A stretch of DNA of 64,000 nt, from positions 1 through 64,000 of the forward strand of contig KZ538273.1 in the NCBI GenBank assembly GCA_000934665.2. The letters run 5' to 3'. The DNA comes from Catajapyx aquilonaris (taxonomy: Eukaryota). The translations under genes were made by a program, and so were the position numbers. Shown here piece after piece: positions 1-11,980 of the stretch (the stretch's first letter is position 1; every line of letters begins with the position of its first letter). The notes beneath the pieces were generated by a model. The model was not told the DNA's origin. It saw only the letters and a program-made list of their open reading frames with translations, and did not search any database.

Positions 1-92
1 GTTTCCGGACACGGGTTCCTATGTAAAAAATGTTTGTCTTGGTCCCCTCTATCACCCCTAGAAGTTTGTAAAGTTAGGTCGTAAACACCCTG
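1..92. mobile_element. Right end of a Tc1/mariner-type CAGGGTG-family MITE, truncated by the window start
   Basis: Ends CACCCTG (86-92) followed by TA, the same terminus as complete elements at 6890, 23971 and 45557. Confidence 0.55.
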
Positions 93-1745
93 TATAGGGC
101 CTAATATCAGATAGTCTACAATATTTTTGTCCCATTTATAGTATGTTTAGAATTGATATTACCTGACCAAACACAATTATTTTTTAAAAAAATTCGCATC
201 AATACCACCATCCCTTGACCATGTTTAATAATATCTATCGCATTCAGGCTTCAGTTTGAAAAATAAATGAAAGTAAAAGACACTTAACTAAACCAAGTGA
301 AACCAAAATTACACAGTGATTGCGATAAAATAAAACATACCATTTTAAATAAAATAAGTAAAATATAACGATTTATAAATTAAGTGAAATGAAGGTCAAG
401 CAGGTTAAATATATTAAATCAAAATTATCACACTTCTGATGGTGGTAATCCACCCCCCTAAAGGATATGGTAAATCCCAATGGGGTAATGCAAAAAAATC
501 GAAATTATCACAGTGAATAGAAACACAAATCACATAACATAATACATAGTTAAAAAGTAAAATACAGTATATACAGTATTATATAGGACGTACCTAAAAT
601 AACTAAAATACATAGATTAAAGTACAACATAAAATCACATAACATAATTATATAATAATTATATAAAATTAGATTACGATAATTAAATTAAAGAATCGAA
701 ATGAAATAGATTCAAATTAAAAATATATCAACACAAATCAAATGAAAATAAATTATCAGGTAGTCTATACTGTGCATGGCTGCTTACTAGCAGTGTTGCC
801 AACATTCCCTCTGAAGTACTTGTAACTACCCTTCCAACTTCAAACCATCCATCTAGCCATAACCTAAAATCCCTCCGCAACAAAAAGCAATGAAAATTCC
901 CCCAGCGGTTTTCTTAATCCCCATTGGACAACCCGAGTCTGAAATAATGATGTGCATCATCCCCCCCCCCCCCTTATCACCAACCCCCTTTATTAGGATA
1001 AAATGCAAGAGTCGGCCGGCAGATGTCACTGTGGTCGCATCCGTGGTGGCCCTCCACAAATTAATTCTCGTCCTGCGATTTATTAGTCTGCATGTCAGCA
1101 ATGTAGGGGTCTGGAGGGGGAGGCTCCCAAGAAAGAAAATGGAGGCGTGAGGGAGGGTAGAAAAGCAAGCAAGCAAGGCAGACCTAGAGTATTGAGCCAG
1201 TGGAACCGGTTGCAAGTCGGAAATTTCATTTCCTCCGGAGGACAACTGAAAAGGAGGGCTTGGAAGGGAGCCATCTGACGGGCCAGAAGAGAGGGTTACG
1301 AAAAAAAAATGGTGGAAAGGCTAGACACGTTGATGAGAACAAAAGAAAATTAGCTTCAACCATTACTTTTTCAAAGTCACTCATCTTTTCTCTCTGGACA
1401 AACGCTGTTTTTTTTTGAAAAGACTTCCCTTTTTTGGAGGAGGGAAAATATCAGTTTTTTATAAGTACCAGGCGCCATATTGTATGGAAGGAACGTTATT
1501 GTTTCAGGGGATTCAGCGAGTGTTATTCTAACTTCCAAGACAATGGGTTTCCAGTCGTATAATTGCCATGTTGGATTATCTGGGTAGTGTTTTTGTCTGC
1601 CCGAAAGAGGAAGAGAACCTTAGTTTACTGGAATCTGTGTCAACAACCTTTAATAACGTAGCAGACAATAGTAGCAGCTACTTTAATGTTGAGTAATTCT
1701 TAAGCTATTTGGCTGGTACGGTAAACTCCCCAAAGAAGGCCACAC

Positions 1746-1852
1746 AATGGGTTGAATTTTCGTCCTACTGCTAGTTACTACTAACTTAGCAGTACCATTG
1801 CCAACACTGGTACTGCTAAGTAACTAGCAGTGGGACAAAAATTTCATCCAAT
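1746..1852. mobile_element. Small fold-back (palindromic) MITE-like element
   Basis: TGAATTTTCGTCCTACTGCTAGTTACT pairs imperfectly with AGTAACTAGCAGTGGGACAAAAATTTCA; inner CTTAGCAGTACCA pairs with TGGTACTGCTAAG. Confidence 0.6.
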
Positions 1853-1959
1853 ATTTTTAGCAGGATTTAATGGGGACCTAGCGTTATTTCGGCCCTTTAT
1901 TGTACGAGCCAAACAACGTATAAGAACTCTTCAAATTATATGACTGTAGCATGTAAAGT

Positions 1960-2760
1960 AGCTGCTCGAAACCATGTAGAGTAGCTGCTACTTCTGTTAT
2001 TTTTTGGCATATTGGGCTACATAACAGTAGTTTTGCGATTGGTTATAGCTATTATTTTTTATTTATTTTTATTTATGTAACGCCTTACGAGGGCATAACC
2101 TTTTGGGCGGGGGGGAGGGTATAGCTATTAGACTATGTAACAACTATTTTGTGGTCACAAATTTATATAGGCTATTGTAATGGTATTATCCACATCACTA
2201 ATAACAGTATGTAGCAGTAGCCTCTTCTACGGTTATTTTGGATTTATTGGGCAACGTAACATCTCACTGCATATAGCTATTAAACTAGGTATCAGTTATT
2301 GTGTGGTCAGATGTTATCAGTTATTGTACTGGTTTCATTTTGATTATTTATAGTACTCTAATATCAGTATATGGAGTAGCTGCTACTTCGGTTATTTGCA
2401 TTTGTTAGGCTCTGTAACTTAGCAGTTATCTGACTAGATGCAGCTACATTAGACTAGGTTATTTTGTGGTCATAATGTTCTATTAGCAGTTATTACTTGT
2501 AGTTATATTATTTACAGCACTCTAATAGCAGTTATCGTGCTTTCTCACAGAATTTGCATATCTGTTGCATAGTTATGTAACTTAGAAGTGATGTGATTGG
2601 ATGTAGCTGCTAGACTAGGTAGCAATTATTATTTCAATCGTAATGTTACATTAGTTACAATTTACTGGTTGTAGCTATATTATACAGCATTTCTAATAGC
2701 AGTTATTTGTGTTTCTCACATAATTCGCTTATATGTTAAGCCTTCACATTTCGGTCCTAG
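1960..2760. repeat. Degenerate ~165-180 bp tandem repeat rich in AGCAGTTAT/AGCTATT
   Basis: CTAATAGCAGTTAT...TTTCTCACA recurs near 2522 and 2693. A TAGCTA..AGACTA..TTGTGGTCA-like motif recurs near 2121, 2272 and 2441. Confidence 0.7.
2055..2119 (-). mobile_element. Very short 5'-truncated retroposon insertion with A-rich tail
   Basis: Flanked by the 11-bp direct repeat TATAGCTATTA (2044-2054 and 2120-2130). The minus strand ends in ATAAATAAAAATAAATAAAAAA. Removing it restores the host repeat unit. Confidence 0.7.
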
Positions 2761-3184
2761 TGTTAAAAACCAGAGTAGCTAAAATTAGCAGCTACATCCA
2801 TATGATGCGACATTGCCACATTTTCACTCCAGGAATAAACCAAATGCCACATAGTCCCTTCGGAAAAAAAATTAAAATACCCCCAGTTAATGACCAAAAC
2901 CCTTTGTGACACCCTACACTTGAGATTCCTAACCGCATTATTTGCTTCCCCATAGTTATTATTGCAAGGCCTTCCACCAGTGAATAATGGCATTGTTGAG
3001 AAGGCATCCCGGAAGGTTGTTTTCGGCCAGACCTTTTGAAGTTTCCCGGCTCGATCAACGTTCCTCGTCAATCACTGGCTGGCACGACCCAATAACCAAA
3101 TGAGATGGCGATGGTAATGAGGACATGTTAATTAAGTCCCGAAAAAAAAAACCCCCTTCAGCAAGAATGGGCTTGGCTGCATCC

Positions 3185-3257
<73 letters not shown>
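3185..3257. repeat. (TAA)n microsatellite
   Basis: About 24 perfect TAA units. Confidence 0.97.
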
Positions 3258-3258
<1 letters not shown>

Positions 3259-3654
3259 GTGATCAATAAGTGTGATGTAATTAGAGCCAGTGTGCGGCAA
3301 AATTAAATTGGTTTAAAATTATGACAAAATTTTGATAAACCACGGTGTATGCACAGCCGTTTATAATACGCTTAATTAGATACACCAGGACATAACCGCA
3401 TGAATATTCAAAATAGATATGTCACATTTTAATGATAAAAACAGGTATTATCCTGAACTCGACACAAATCCGGCGACATGTTTACAACCAACAATCCAAC
3501 AATGCTTTCACTCTTCGTAACAATAAAACCTAGTTGTTATCGACATCCCCATCCTAAATGTTATTAATCAAGTTTAATTAGTATTTTTATGTGACGGCCA
3601 GCTAAAATAAATAAATAAAACAATGGCTTAGTTGATTGGATAGATATTGTAAGG

Positions 3655-3830
3655 GTGTAGGGATCAGCGAGGATCAACAGGGGGGGATCAGAAATCAGCC
3701 AGGATCAAGGGGGGTATCAGTGAATCACAGATGAAATAATCAGAAGGATCAGCTAATCAGTCAGGGTCACAATCAGTGGTTCAAAAGGTCAGTCAGGATC
3801 ACTGGAGATCAGTAGGGATTACTGAGATCG
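3655..3830. repeat. Degenerate GATCAG/AATCAG short-period repeat
   Basis: More than ten ATCA(G/A) motifs in about 170 bp. Confidence 0.6.
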
Positions 3831-3908
3831 GTTTCCTAGTTCTGAGTCTTGCAGGCAAAATGAATTTAAATTATAATTATAATTTTTATCGCTCACCAGA
3901 TATCATTA

Positions 3909-4249
3909 CAGAGCCTCGAGTAGAGAGTCGCCAACTTGTGACGTCACGTCGTCTCTGATTGGCTGATTTTGGACCATTTACGTGTCCTATGGATGCCGCC
4001 ATCTTGTGTTTCTATAGAAAAAGTGGCCTGTTCTGACCTCACGGTCGACTCCGATTGGCTGGAGTAATCCCGGTACAGCCTTCTGGCTGTATCCAATCGG
4101 AGTCGACCGTGACGTCAGAACAGGCCACTTTTTCCATAGAAACGTAAGATGGCAGCCTCCATAGGACACATAAACAGTCCATAATTACTCCAGCCAATCA
4201 GAGACGACATGAAGTCAGAATTGGCGACTCTCTTCCTATACAGCCTCTC
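3909..4249. mobile_element. Fold-back MITE with ~135-bp inverted arms, probably TA-flanked
   Basis: AGAGAGTCGCCAA (3922-3934) pairs with TTGGCGACTCTCT (4221-4233); the arms continue inward to ACGGTCGACTCCGATTGG/CCAATCGGAGTCGACCGT. TA at 3907-3908 and 4250-4251. Confidence 0.8.
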
Positions 4250-4518
4250 TAGATATTGATAATGCCAACTCGTGCAAGATGCGCGAAGTGTGTTGCGCTC
4301 TCGGTTGCACTGGTAAAATAATTCATCTACAGTTGATTGTTATGTTATTTTGTGAAATTCATTTGTTTTCGCATTTGTTATTAACAAATTGTTGTACTCT
4401 TATCTGAAGCACGAACGCCGACCCAATCGTGGACAAACAAACGAACTGCGCGAACTGCAATGTGCACTCCGTTTCGCTCGTAAAATGATTCATCTACGAG
4501 TATGGCGTTCGTGCTTCA

Positions 4519-4825
4519 TCTATCTAAATAAAGCCGTTTGTGAGTCTGTCTGTCTGTCTCTGTCTTTCTGTCCGCCTGCCAACCGTCATTTGCCTGCCAT
4601 CTGTGCTCCACCCCCAGGCCGGGAGAGGATGGAGGTGTTGGGGGTTCACGGCAGATGGCAGGCAAATCAAGGTTGGCGTTATACAGGCGGGAGAGGTTGA
4701 AGGTATTGGAGTAGCAGGACCACAGATGGCATTGGTGGGCGGACAGACAGACAGTTGACGGGGCTACTGGCAGGTGTTTTCCCTTCATTCATTTCTTCCC
4801 GGGCAACGCCGGGTGCCTCAGCTAA
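4519..4825 (+). mobile_element. Non-autonomous Helitron
   Basis: 5' TC (TCTATCTAAATAAAG), a (GTCT)n tract, 3' hairpin CCCGG-GCAACG-CCGGG, then CTAA. Inserted between host A (4518) and T (4826) with no TSD. Confidence 0.85.
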
Positions 4826-5607
4826 TATACAATAATTATATTGTTATTAACAATAATTATTCTATATGAAGCACGAACGCCGCGCCGTCCTTAACGTGGA
4901 CTAACAAACGAACAACTAAACATATAAGGGAAAGTTTGTTTGATTGTTTGTATATTAGGCCGAATCCCATCTGGCCGAACCAGTGTCCTCGTTTCCATGC
5001 AATTCGACCGAACACTATTATTTTCCTCCTAGAGAAGACCGTCCCCATGTAACAAGAGTTGTCTAAAACCATTTAATTCCGTTCGTCTTTGTTCCCCTTT
5101 GAAGCTTCCACATTTGCCTATCGTCTACGAATAGATTGAATCCGGGTTTTCCTTTTTCTTTAGAGGAGGAAAAGGGGGAGGAGGGGGGGGAGGTCCCCCG
5201 CCTTCCCCCTTCTAACTCCGGACTTGTCGTGGTTCACCGTCTCTTTTGACTGGATGTAGAGGGGACCACCCTCTTAGGCCAATTACACCCAATTATGGTA
5301 TCCACAGGTTGGAGGAGACTGATTGTCACAGGGAGCCAGACCAGGCTGGACCCCACCCGGAAATGGAATTAGAGCTAGGGATTCAGTTCACAGGGAAACT
5401 GGGGGAAGGAGGAGGAAAGGGGAGGCTCTCCCTCCCTCGGTGGCGATTATGCTCAGAATTGGATCGACAAGTGGATCAGGTGAAGCAATCAACTGTAGAC
5501 TGTCTTTGAAATTAACAGCAAATTTTGGAGAATTTTAAATGAAATTACTGTAGTAGTAGGGCTAATATTATCATACTATTTAATTAAAATGTATGAAGTA
5601 TACGATA

Positions 5608-5913
5608 TCTTATACATATTTCAAGACGTATGTCTGTACGTTCCCGATGCAAATCAATACGGAGGCCTCGACATATGCCCCAGGGTGATCATTAGGGGTG
5701 GTTTTTAACGGGGAAGGTTTTTAGCCCTCCGATGTCATCCTTGGCCGCAGGAGGCGAAAAGCCGGAAACTCTTATCTACCCTTTATTGTTACATCATGGA
5801 AATGCAGTCATTGTTGACGCTGTTACATCAAAGAGTTACTCTGATACGTCAATGAGTTCCTCAGCATATGGAAAAGTATTTCATAACCCGAGAAACACCG
5901 GGTATCCTGCTAG
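5608..5913 (+). mobile_element. Non-autonomous Helitron
   Basis: A|TC 5' start; 3' imperfect hairpin ACCCGAGAAACACCGGGT followed by CTAG|T, matching the 3' architecture of the 4519 element. Confidence 0.75.
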
Positions 5914-6559
5914 TTATACATGAATCAATATTTACAGAATAATTATCATGAATCTGTGATTTGTTACCCCCTCAAGCTTAGTGTTGGAAACAAGTTGCGC
6001 GAACTGTGTTGCGCACTCGTTAGCGCTATTATCTATATACGTGCACAACGTATGCTTCAAATTTATTAAATTTTTAAATACATTACATTACTATGTACTT
6101 TTGTAACATTCGCCTGAAACATCTACCTATACAGTAGGCTACCATCACCACCGGAGTATTATGTGTTACAGTGAGCCATTGTTGGTTTTGTACCGCCAAA
6201 ACAATAGTTAGACGGCCCGGTGAAGCGCGTAACGCAATTCCCACCCATGTTTATCGAACATTTCAGCTTCAATTCGTGTAATTAAGCAAATTAATAACGT
6301 TACATGGACAGATATCGGACATCTTACTGCGCCGATGGGTTTTCCAACCCCACCTCATGTATACTAAAATTAACTTTTTTTTAAAAAAAAAAAAAAAGCT
6401 ATATCACTCCCTGGGAATATATTTTCAAGTGTCAGATCGTGTCAGATTTTTTTCTCTCAAAATATCAAAAATTTCAAAAGAGTATATTAATTTCTCTCTC
6501 TGAATAACGAGTATATCATACTGTGCTCATTTTTGACACATCGTGTATAAAATATTTTT

Positions 6560-7410
6560 GAAACAATTGCTACTTTATATTTTAATTGCTATTAAAATAG
6601 CTACTAACATCTCTTCTAACAGCTATTCAAATAGATACCAATTTATATTTTAATAGCTATTCAAATAGCTACTAATTCCTGTTTAAGTAGCTCTCAATTT
6701 ATACAGTTATGGTTACAAACAGCTATTGTAATAGCCATTAAAGTATGACATAACAGCTACTAATAATATTAGTAGTTATTATGTCACACTTTAGTTCTTC
6801 ATAAAGCCACTAAATTTAAATGGTGTGATAGGTTATTAATATTTCCTGACATTGTTACTAACATTATTTTGTTTAAATGGTTACTAATACAGGGTGGTCC
6901 AAGTTCAAGTGTCGTTTTATAACGGCGATTAATAGAAGCGCTTAACGATGACGTAGCAGCGACGTGTAAAATTGCCCACTTCAATGGCGCCGAAGATGCG
7001 CCGAAGTGGGACATTTTACGCGTCGCTGCTACGTCATCGTTAAGCGCTTCTATTAATCGCCGTTATAAAACGACACTTGAACTTGGACCACCCTGTATAT
7101 GTTTAAATGGTTACTAATATCTCTTTCCAGAGCTACTAATGCCTGGTAATAGTTATTGATAACTACCGTAATTGATACTTATATCAAATACATTAGCTAC
7201 TAATAGCTTTCTAGGTAGCTACTAATAGCTTTCTAGGTAGCTACTAATAGCTTTCTAGGTAGCTACTAATAGCTTTCTATCTAGCTTCTAACAGCTTTCT
7301 ATGTAGCTTCTAACAGCTTTCTATGTAGCTATTAATATCTATTTAAATTGCTGCTAATTTTCATGGAAATGTGACTAATATCTATTAAATAGCTACTAAT
7401 TGCTGATACA
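6560..7410. repeat. AGCTAT/AGCTAC-rich degenerate block including a 22-bp array TAGCTACTAATAGCTTTCTAGG (7194-7335)
   Basis: About 6 copies of the 22-mer. The block is the reverse-complement relative of the 8300-8950 block. Confidence 0.8.
6890..7095. mobile_element. Tc1/mariner-type fold-back MITE (CAGGGTG family)
   Basis: Near-perfect ~90-bp inverted arms CAGGGTGGTCCAAGTTCAAGTGTCG... / ...CGACACTTGAACTTGGACCACCCTG; TA on both sides. Confidence 0.92.
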
Positions 7411-8222
7411 TTACAAAACACATTTCACAACATAATTTGCTTTTTTTGAGAAAAATCTGTCTCACTTTTTACGAGTGGAAGTGTGTTACAAGCTTTTTAA
7501 GAGTTATAGCATCCGAATGTTTCCAAAGGCAAGGCTTGGTCCATAATAGGCATCCCCCAACTCCTTTTTTTTTATTTGATTCAGCAGGAAAACAAATCAT
7601 CCTCGAGAGTTAGGCTTCCTGACTCACATAAGCCTCCAGGCAAAAGTCCTCTCCTTCGGGAACTCCTTTTTTTTTCTTCCCGTAAAAAAAACCTGGACCT
7701 AGCGCCGATATCGAGTTCCCATCACTTGTCAAAAGTTTGGGGAGGGTTTTGGTGGGAGGGAGCCATAAAAATGCATGCCCTGCTGCTCCACCCCCTACCT
7801 CCCCCGTTTCTATATGTAGAAGGTTATTGGTCAGAAAAGGGAAGGAGATACAGTATTTTTGTGGACCTTTGCTTGGATCGCATTTATAAAAAATTTTGTA
7901 CGATTCTGTCCAGATGAACTCCTTTCTTTCTTGGGGAGTAGGGGGAGGCGGGGGAGGGTTGTGACGTCTTAATGTTCCGGGCTGATTGATGACCCCCAGG
8001 GTTTGGATTCCGGGAGTGAGGAATCGGGGGGTAAACATTGGATTTGGAGGCAAGATGGCTGTCATGCCAAGTCAAGACGACCTCGACATTCCTATGGATA
8101 CTGTAAATCATGTACCGACTTGAAGATGGTATTTTTTTTTATAAACAACTATACCGGTACCCTCTACGAGTACTGACTTGTAGACGGTATTTGATGCCCA
8201 AGTCGGTGCGGGAATAGGTGAT

Positions 8223-8293
8223 GTACTATCGGTCTCAATTAGTTTCGGACACTTTATCATAATTATCCTAGTCTTGAAGCAACCCTTCGCACA
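8223..8293. mobile_element. Single arm of the MITE family found at 15485
   Basis: TTATCCT(A/G)GTCTTGAAGCAACCCTTCGCACA is shared with the left arm of the 15485 element; both start GTACTAT. Confidence 0.7.
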
Positions 8294-8299
8294 GTTGTT

Positions 8300-8950
8300 T
8301 AAATTATATTGGTAGCTATTGAAATAGTCATTTAAATAACATTGGTAGCTATTGAAATAGTTGTTTGAATGATATTGATAGCTATTGAAATAGTTGTTTG
8401 CATGATATTGGTAGCTATTTAAATAGTTGTTTGAATGATTTTGGTAGCTATTTAAATAGGTGTTTGAATGATATTGGTAGCCATTAAAATAGTTTTTGAA
8501 GGATATTGGTAGTTATTTAAATAATGTAGTTGTTTGAATGACATTGGTAGCTATTTAAATAGCTGTTTGAATGATATTGGTATAGCTATTTAAAAAGCTG
8601 CTTGAATGATATTGGTAGCTATTAAAATAGCTGTTTGAAGGATATTGGTAGTTATTTAAACACTATAGTTGTTTGAATGATAATGGTAGCTATTTAAATA
8701 GTTTGAATGATATTGATGGATATGCAATAGCTGTTTGAATGATATTGGTAGCTATTAAAATAGTTGTTTGAATGATCGCTGACTACCCCTTATAGTGAAA
8801 TGTTGTTGTTGTTGTTGAATGATATTGGTAGCTATTGAAATAACCATTTAATTAGTAGCTATTAAACTATAAGGCGATAATCTGCTCAGCGACGATACAC
8901 AAGACATAATATTAGTAGCTAATTGTAATAGCTATTAAATAGCAGCTATG
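8300..8950. repeat. 33-bp minisatellite TATTGGTAGCTATTGAAATAGTTGTTTGAATGA
   Basis: About 15 diverged tandem copies. Confidence 0.9.
8777..8814 (+). mobile_element. 38-bp retroposon 3' end with (TTG)n tail
   Basis: TSD TTGAATGAT (8768-8776 and 8815-8823). TCGCTGACTACCCC matches the reverse complement of 41897-41910 at 13 of 14 positions. Confidence 0.6.
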
Positions 8951-10469
8951 CTTAAAAATAAGTTGTTCAGTGCCACAATAATAGCCAAACTTGGATTAAA
9001 AATGGCTTCTATGATCCGGAAAGGGCAGCCCATTATTTTTGGGGGGGATGGTAGGGCGCGATGGATCTATAAATACAATGAGGCGATAATAATAGCATTT
9101 GGTTTTCAACGACCTCTTCGGACAGGGACCACGATACATCACCTTGGCAGGGACCCGGAGAGTTTTGTGAGCGGGGGTTTGAACCGTTCATCACGGGATT
9201 TAGCAAGGGTCGATAAAGCGCCGGAAAAGGATTAAAAATGGGAGGGGCTTCAGATCGCGGTGCTTTTGGCACCCATTTTAAGCAGATAACTCGAGTAAAT
9301 TATCGCTTTTGGCCACGGATACCTCCCCCCACTTTTGCTTGGCGGGGCATACAGAGAAGGGAGAAAGAGAGAGAAAAAAAAGATGGCGCCGGATGCTGCT
9401 GGGGAAAAGTTATGACCGAGAAATGTGAGGGAATGTGTGCTGTAAATCTGTGGAGGTCACTATATACTCAAACTGCTGGAATATATCATTAAAAACTCGC
9501 AATATAATATATCAGTCATGTATAATCACAATTAATATCAATGGATGTATGGACGGGCTGCCTAACCCACTTTCAGACTACTGAGAGTACTGAAACTTGT
9601 CACACTGATAGATTTCGTGGCCAAACATTGCGAGAGTTGCTGTTCCATATTTTTCTCCCCTTTTGCAATGGGGATATTTTTCAAAAACTATACAACTCCA
9701 TGCCCTTGCTTTTTTCCACAGCACGATAGGTTTCTTTCCAGTGTTTTTTATTGTTGCTTGTTCCAGCGGATCGTGACAGAAACCCGTGGAGTTGGTGATG
9801 CCTGTGTCCCAAAGGGAAGATTTCGTGAGACCACAACTCGAGTACCCTACTTTTTTGACTCCAAACTTACAATTTTGTCCACGTTCGTTCCCTAGAGATA
9901 TTTGCCCGCCATTTTTTAATTGGAGCGGCTCCGAGGGCGATATGATGTTTTTTTTTTTTTGCAAATTTTGCATGTTTATTGGACGTCGTAATTAGGTATG
10001 CCAATGTGGGCGTGAGTTACAAATTGATGGAATTTTTCCGCTATTGTCGGAGTCGCAATCAAGTTTGATTCAAAAGGACCCGATGTATGATATGAACAAT
10101 CAAAGTAATTTGCCAGTTCATTTTTTTCTGTTGTTTGTGCCAAAAATGTGCTGGCTGCAAGACAACAATGACCGCAGTGTAATTAACCAACCCTTGTATC
10201 GTAGGTGAGTAGGAATTTTTTCTCTCTTTGAAATCAACGTTGCATATAAACATTGTCCTCATTGATTAATCACACTGTAATTAACTGACCATAAAATATA
10301 ATGAGCCTGAAAAATGAGGTGTATAACTACATTAATTATGTATGTGGTGGTAAAATAATTTATATGCACATGTTAATTGCACGTTTCAGTGTTTTTAATT
10401 ACATTTTGGTCATAGTTCATTGTTAGCTGGAGGTCTGTTGAATAGTCGAACAATACCCGACCTTTCCAT

Positions 10470-10880
10470 ACCTAACCCTAACCTGGCCTGACCTAACATA
10501 ATATGTCATGTTAGGTTAAGGTAAGGTCGTATCAGATAATGGTTAGGTTAGGTTAGGTTAGGTCAGGTCAGGTCGTACCAGATAATGCTTAGGTTAGGTC
10601 GTACCAGATAATTCTTAGGTTAGGTTGTACCAGATAATGGTTAGGTTAGGTTAGGTAGGGGTTAGGTAGGGGTTAGGTAGGGGTTAGGTAGGGATTAGGT
10701 GTGGGTTAGGTAGGGATTAGGTAGGGATTAGGTAGGGGTTAGGTAGGGGTTAGGTAGGGATTAGGTAGGGGTTAGGTAGAGGTTAGGTAGGGATTAGGTA
10801 GGGGTTAGGTAAGGGTTAAGTTACATTATATAATGTAACCTAACTTGACCTGGCCTAACCCTATCCTAATCTAACATAAC
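10470..10880. repeat. Interstitial TTAGG-like repeat with an 11-bp array (TTAGGTAGGGG/A) and strand inversions at both ends
   Basis: CCTAA-type flanks around a TTAGG-type core; about 15 copies of the 11-mer at 10650-10815. Confidence 0.85.
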
Positions 10881-11409
10881 TTAATATCAACATCACATTA
10901 GACTTCAAAAGAGAACCTAGAGTTGTGGGTTGATGACGTTGAACTTTCCTCTGCAAATCCAGCCTTCCTACCACCCCATCCTTTAAACATATTCAACGAA
11001 TTCGAGGCCGACACTTGTCCGCCCGTGTCGAGATGCTTGTCAGAATTTACTGAATCATATTTTCCCTCGACCTATATATCTCTCTCCCAGGCAGTCAGTG
11101 GATAGAAATTCAAATATTGCTTCTGGTACGACCAAGACGAGGGCCATGGGGGGTAGAAGAAGGAAGGAAAGAAGAAGGAGAAGAAGGAAGAAGGAAGAAG
11201 AAGGCATCAAGAAGCCTCCCAGCCAAATAGGGCTGCCTCCGATCAATTCCCTTTTCCTTCACCCAAAGCTGCTTCCTTACATTCAAAAGATGTGTCCTCT
11301 ACAGGGGATGCTGCAAAAGGGACTAGTTGAAAAGATGGACGGAAGAAGGGACGAATATATTGTTGGCCCTGGCAACCCAACACGTTGCTTCCAACGGTCT
11401 TCCCCAACT

Positions 11410-11980
11410 ATTATTAAAATTTGGAAAATTGAACGTTTTTTTTGGAGAAATTGACAATTTACAAAGTTTGAAAATTTCGGAAAAATAAAAATTCTAGCAT
11501 ATTATACATTTTAAAAGATAAATTTAAGAGAAAGAGAAAATATACAAAATTGTACATTTTAGAAAAATAGTAATTTTGGGAAAGATAATTTGACAAAAAA
11601 TGGATTTCAGAATATTGTGCACTTTAGAAAATATAACATTAGAAAAATACTGTAGAACATTTGAGAAAATAGAAATTATATTAATATAGAAAATTTGAGG
11701 AAATAGAACATTTCAGACAAAATTATGTTGGAAAAATATAATACCTGAAAATTAGAAAATATAGAAAATTGTGCATTTAAGAAAATAGAAATGTTATTAA
11801 AATAGGGAATTTTTGAAAATTGAAATTCTAGAATAATAGGAAATTAATAAAAACATCTTTTAGAAACATTGAAATTTCAGTAAAATAAACATTTTACTGA
11901 AATTGGACATTTAAAACTGAAATTTTGGACAAATAAAAGTCACTGACAAAATCAGCACTCTAGCAAGGTTGTAGCGTTAT
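11410..11980. repeat. Dispersed A-rich (AAAATT) repeat family member, inverted relative to 17461-18070
   Basis: Its end ACAAAATCAGCACTCTAGCAAGGTTGTAGC is the near reverse complement of GCTAGAACCTTGCAAGAGTGCTAATTTTTGT at 17465. Confidence 0.65.

Noticed and set aside
853..1245. 130-aa and overlapping ORFs
   Set aside because: No recognisable motif; includes homopolymer-derived Gly/Pro runs; length compatible with chance.
7576..8111. Three overlapping ORFs of 75-151 aa
   Set aside because: Low complexity, overlapping on both strands, no clear splice or domain support.
8300..8950. CRISPR-like appearance of 26-35-bp repeat arrays, here and elsewhere
   Set aside because: Units are head-to-tail without unique spacers, there are no cas genes, and the context is eukaryotic.
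10470..10880. True telomere
   Set aside because: Short, internal, degenerate, and followed by ordinary sequence.
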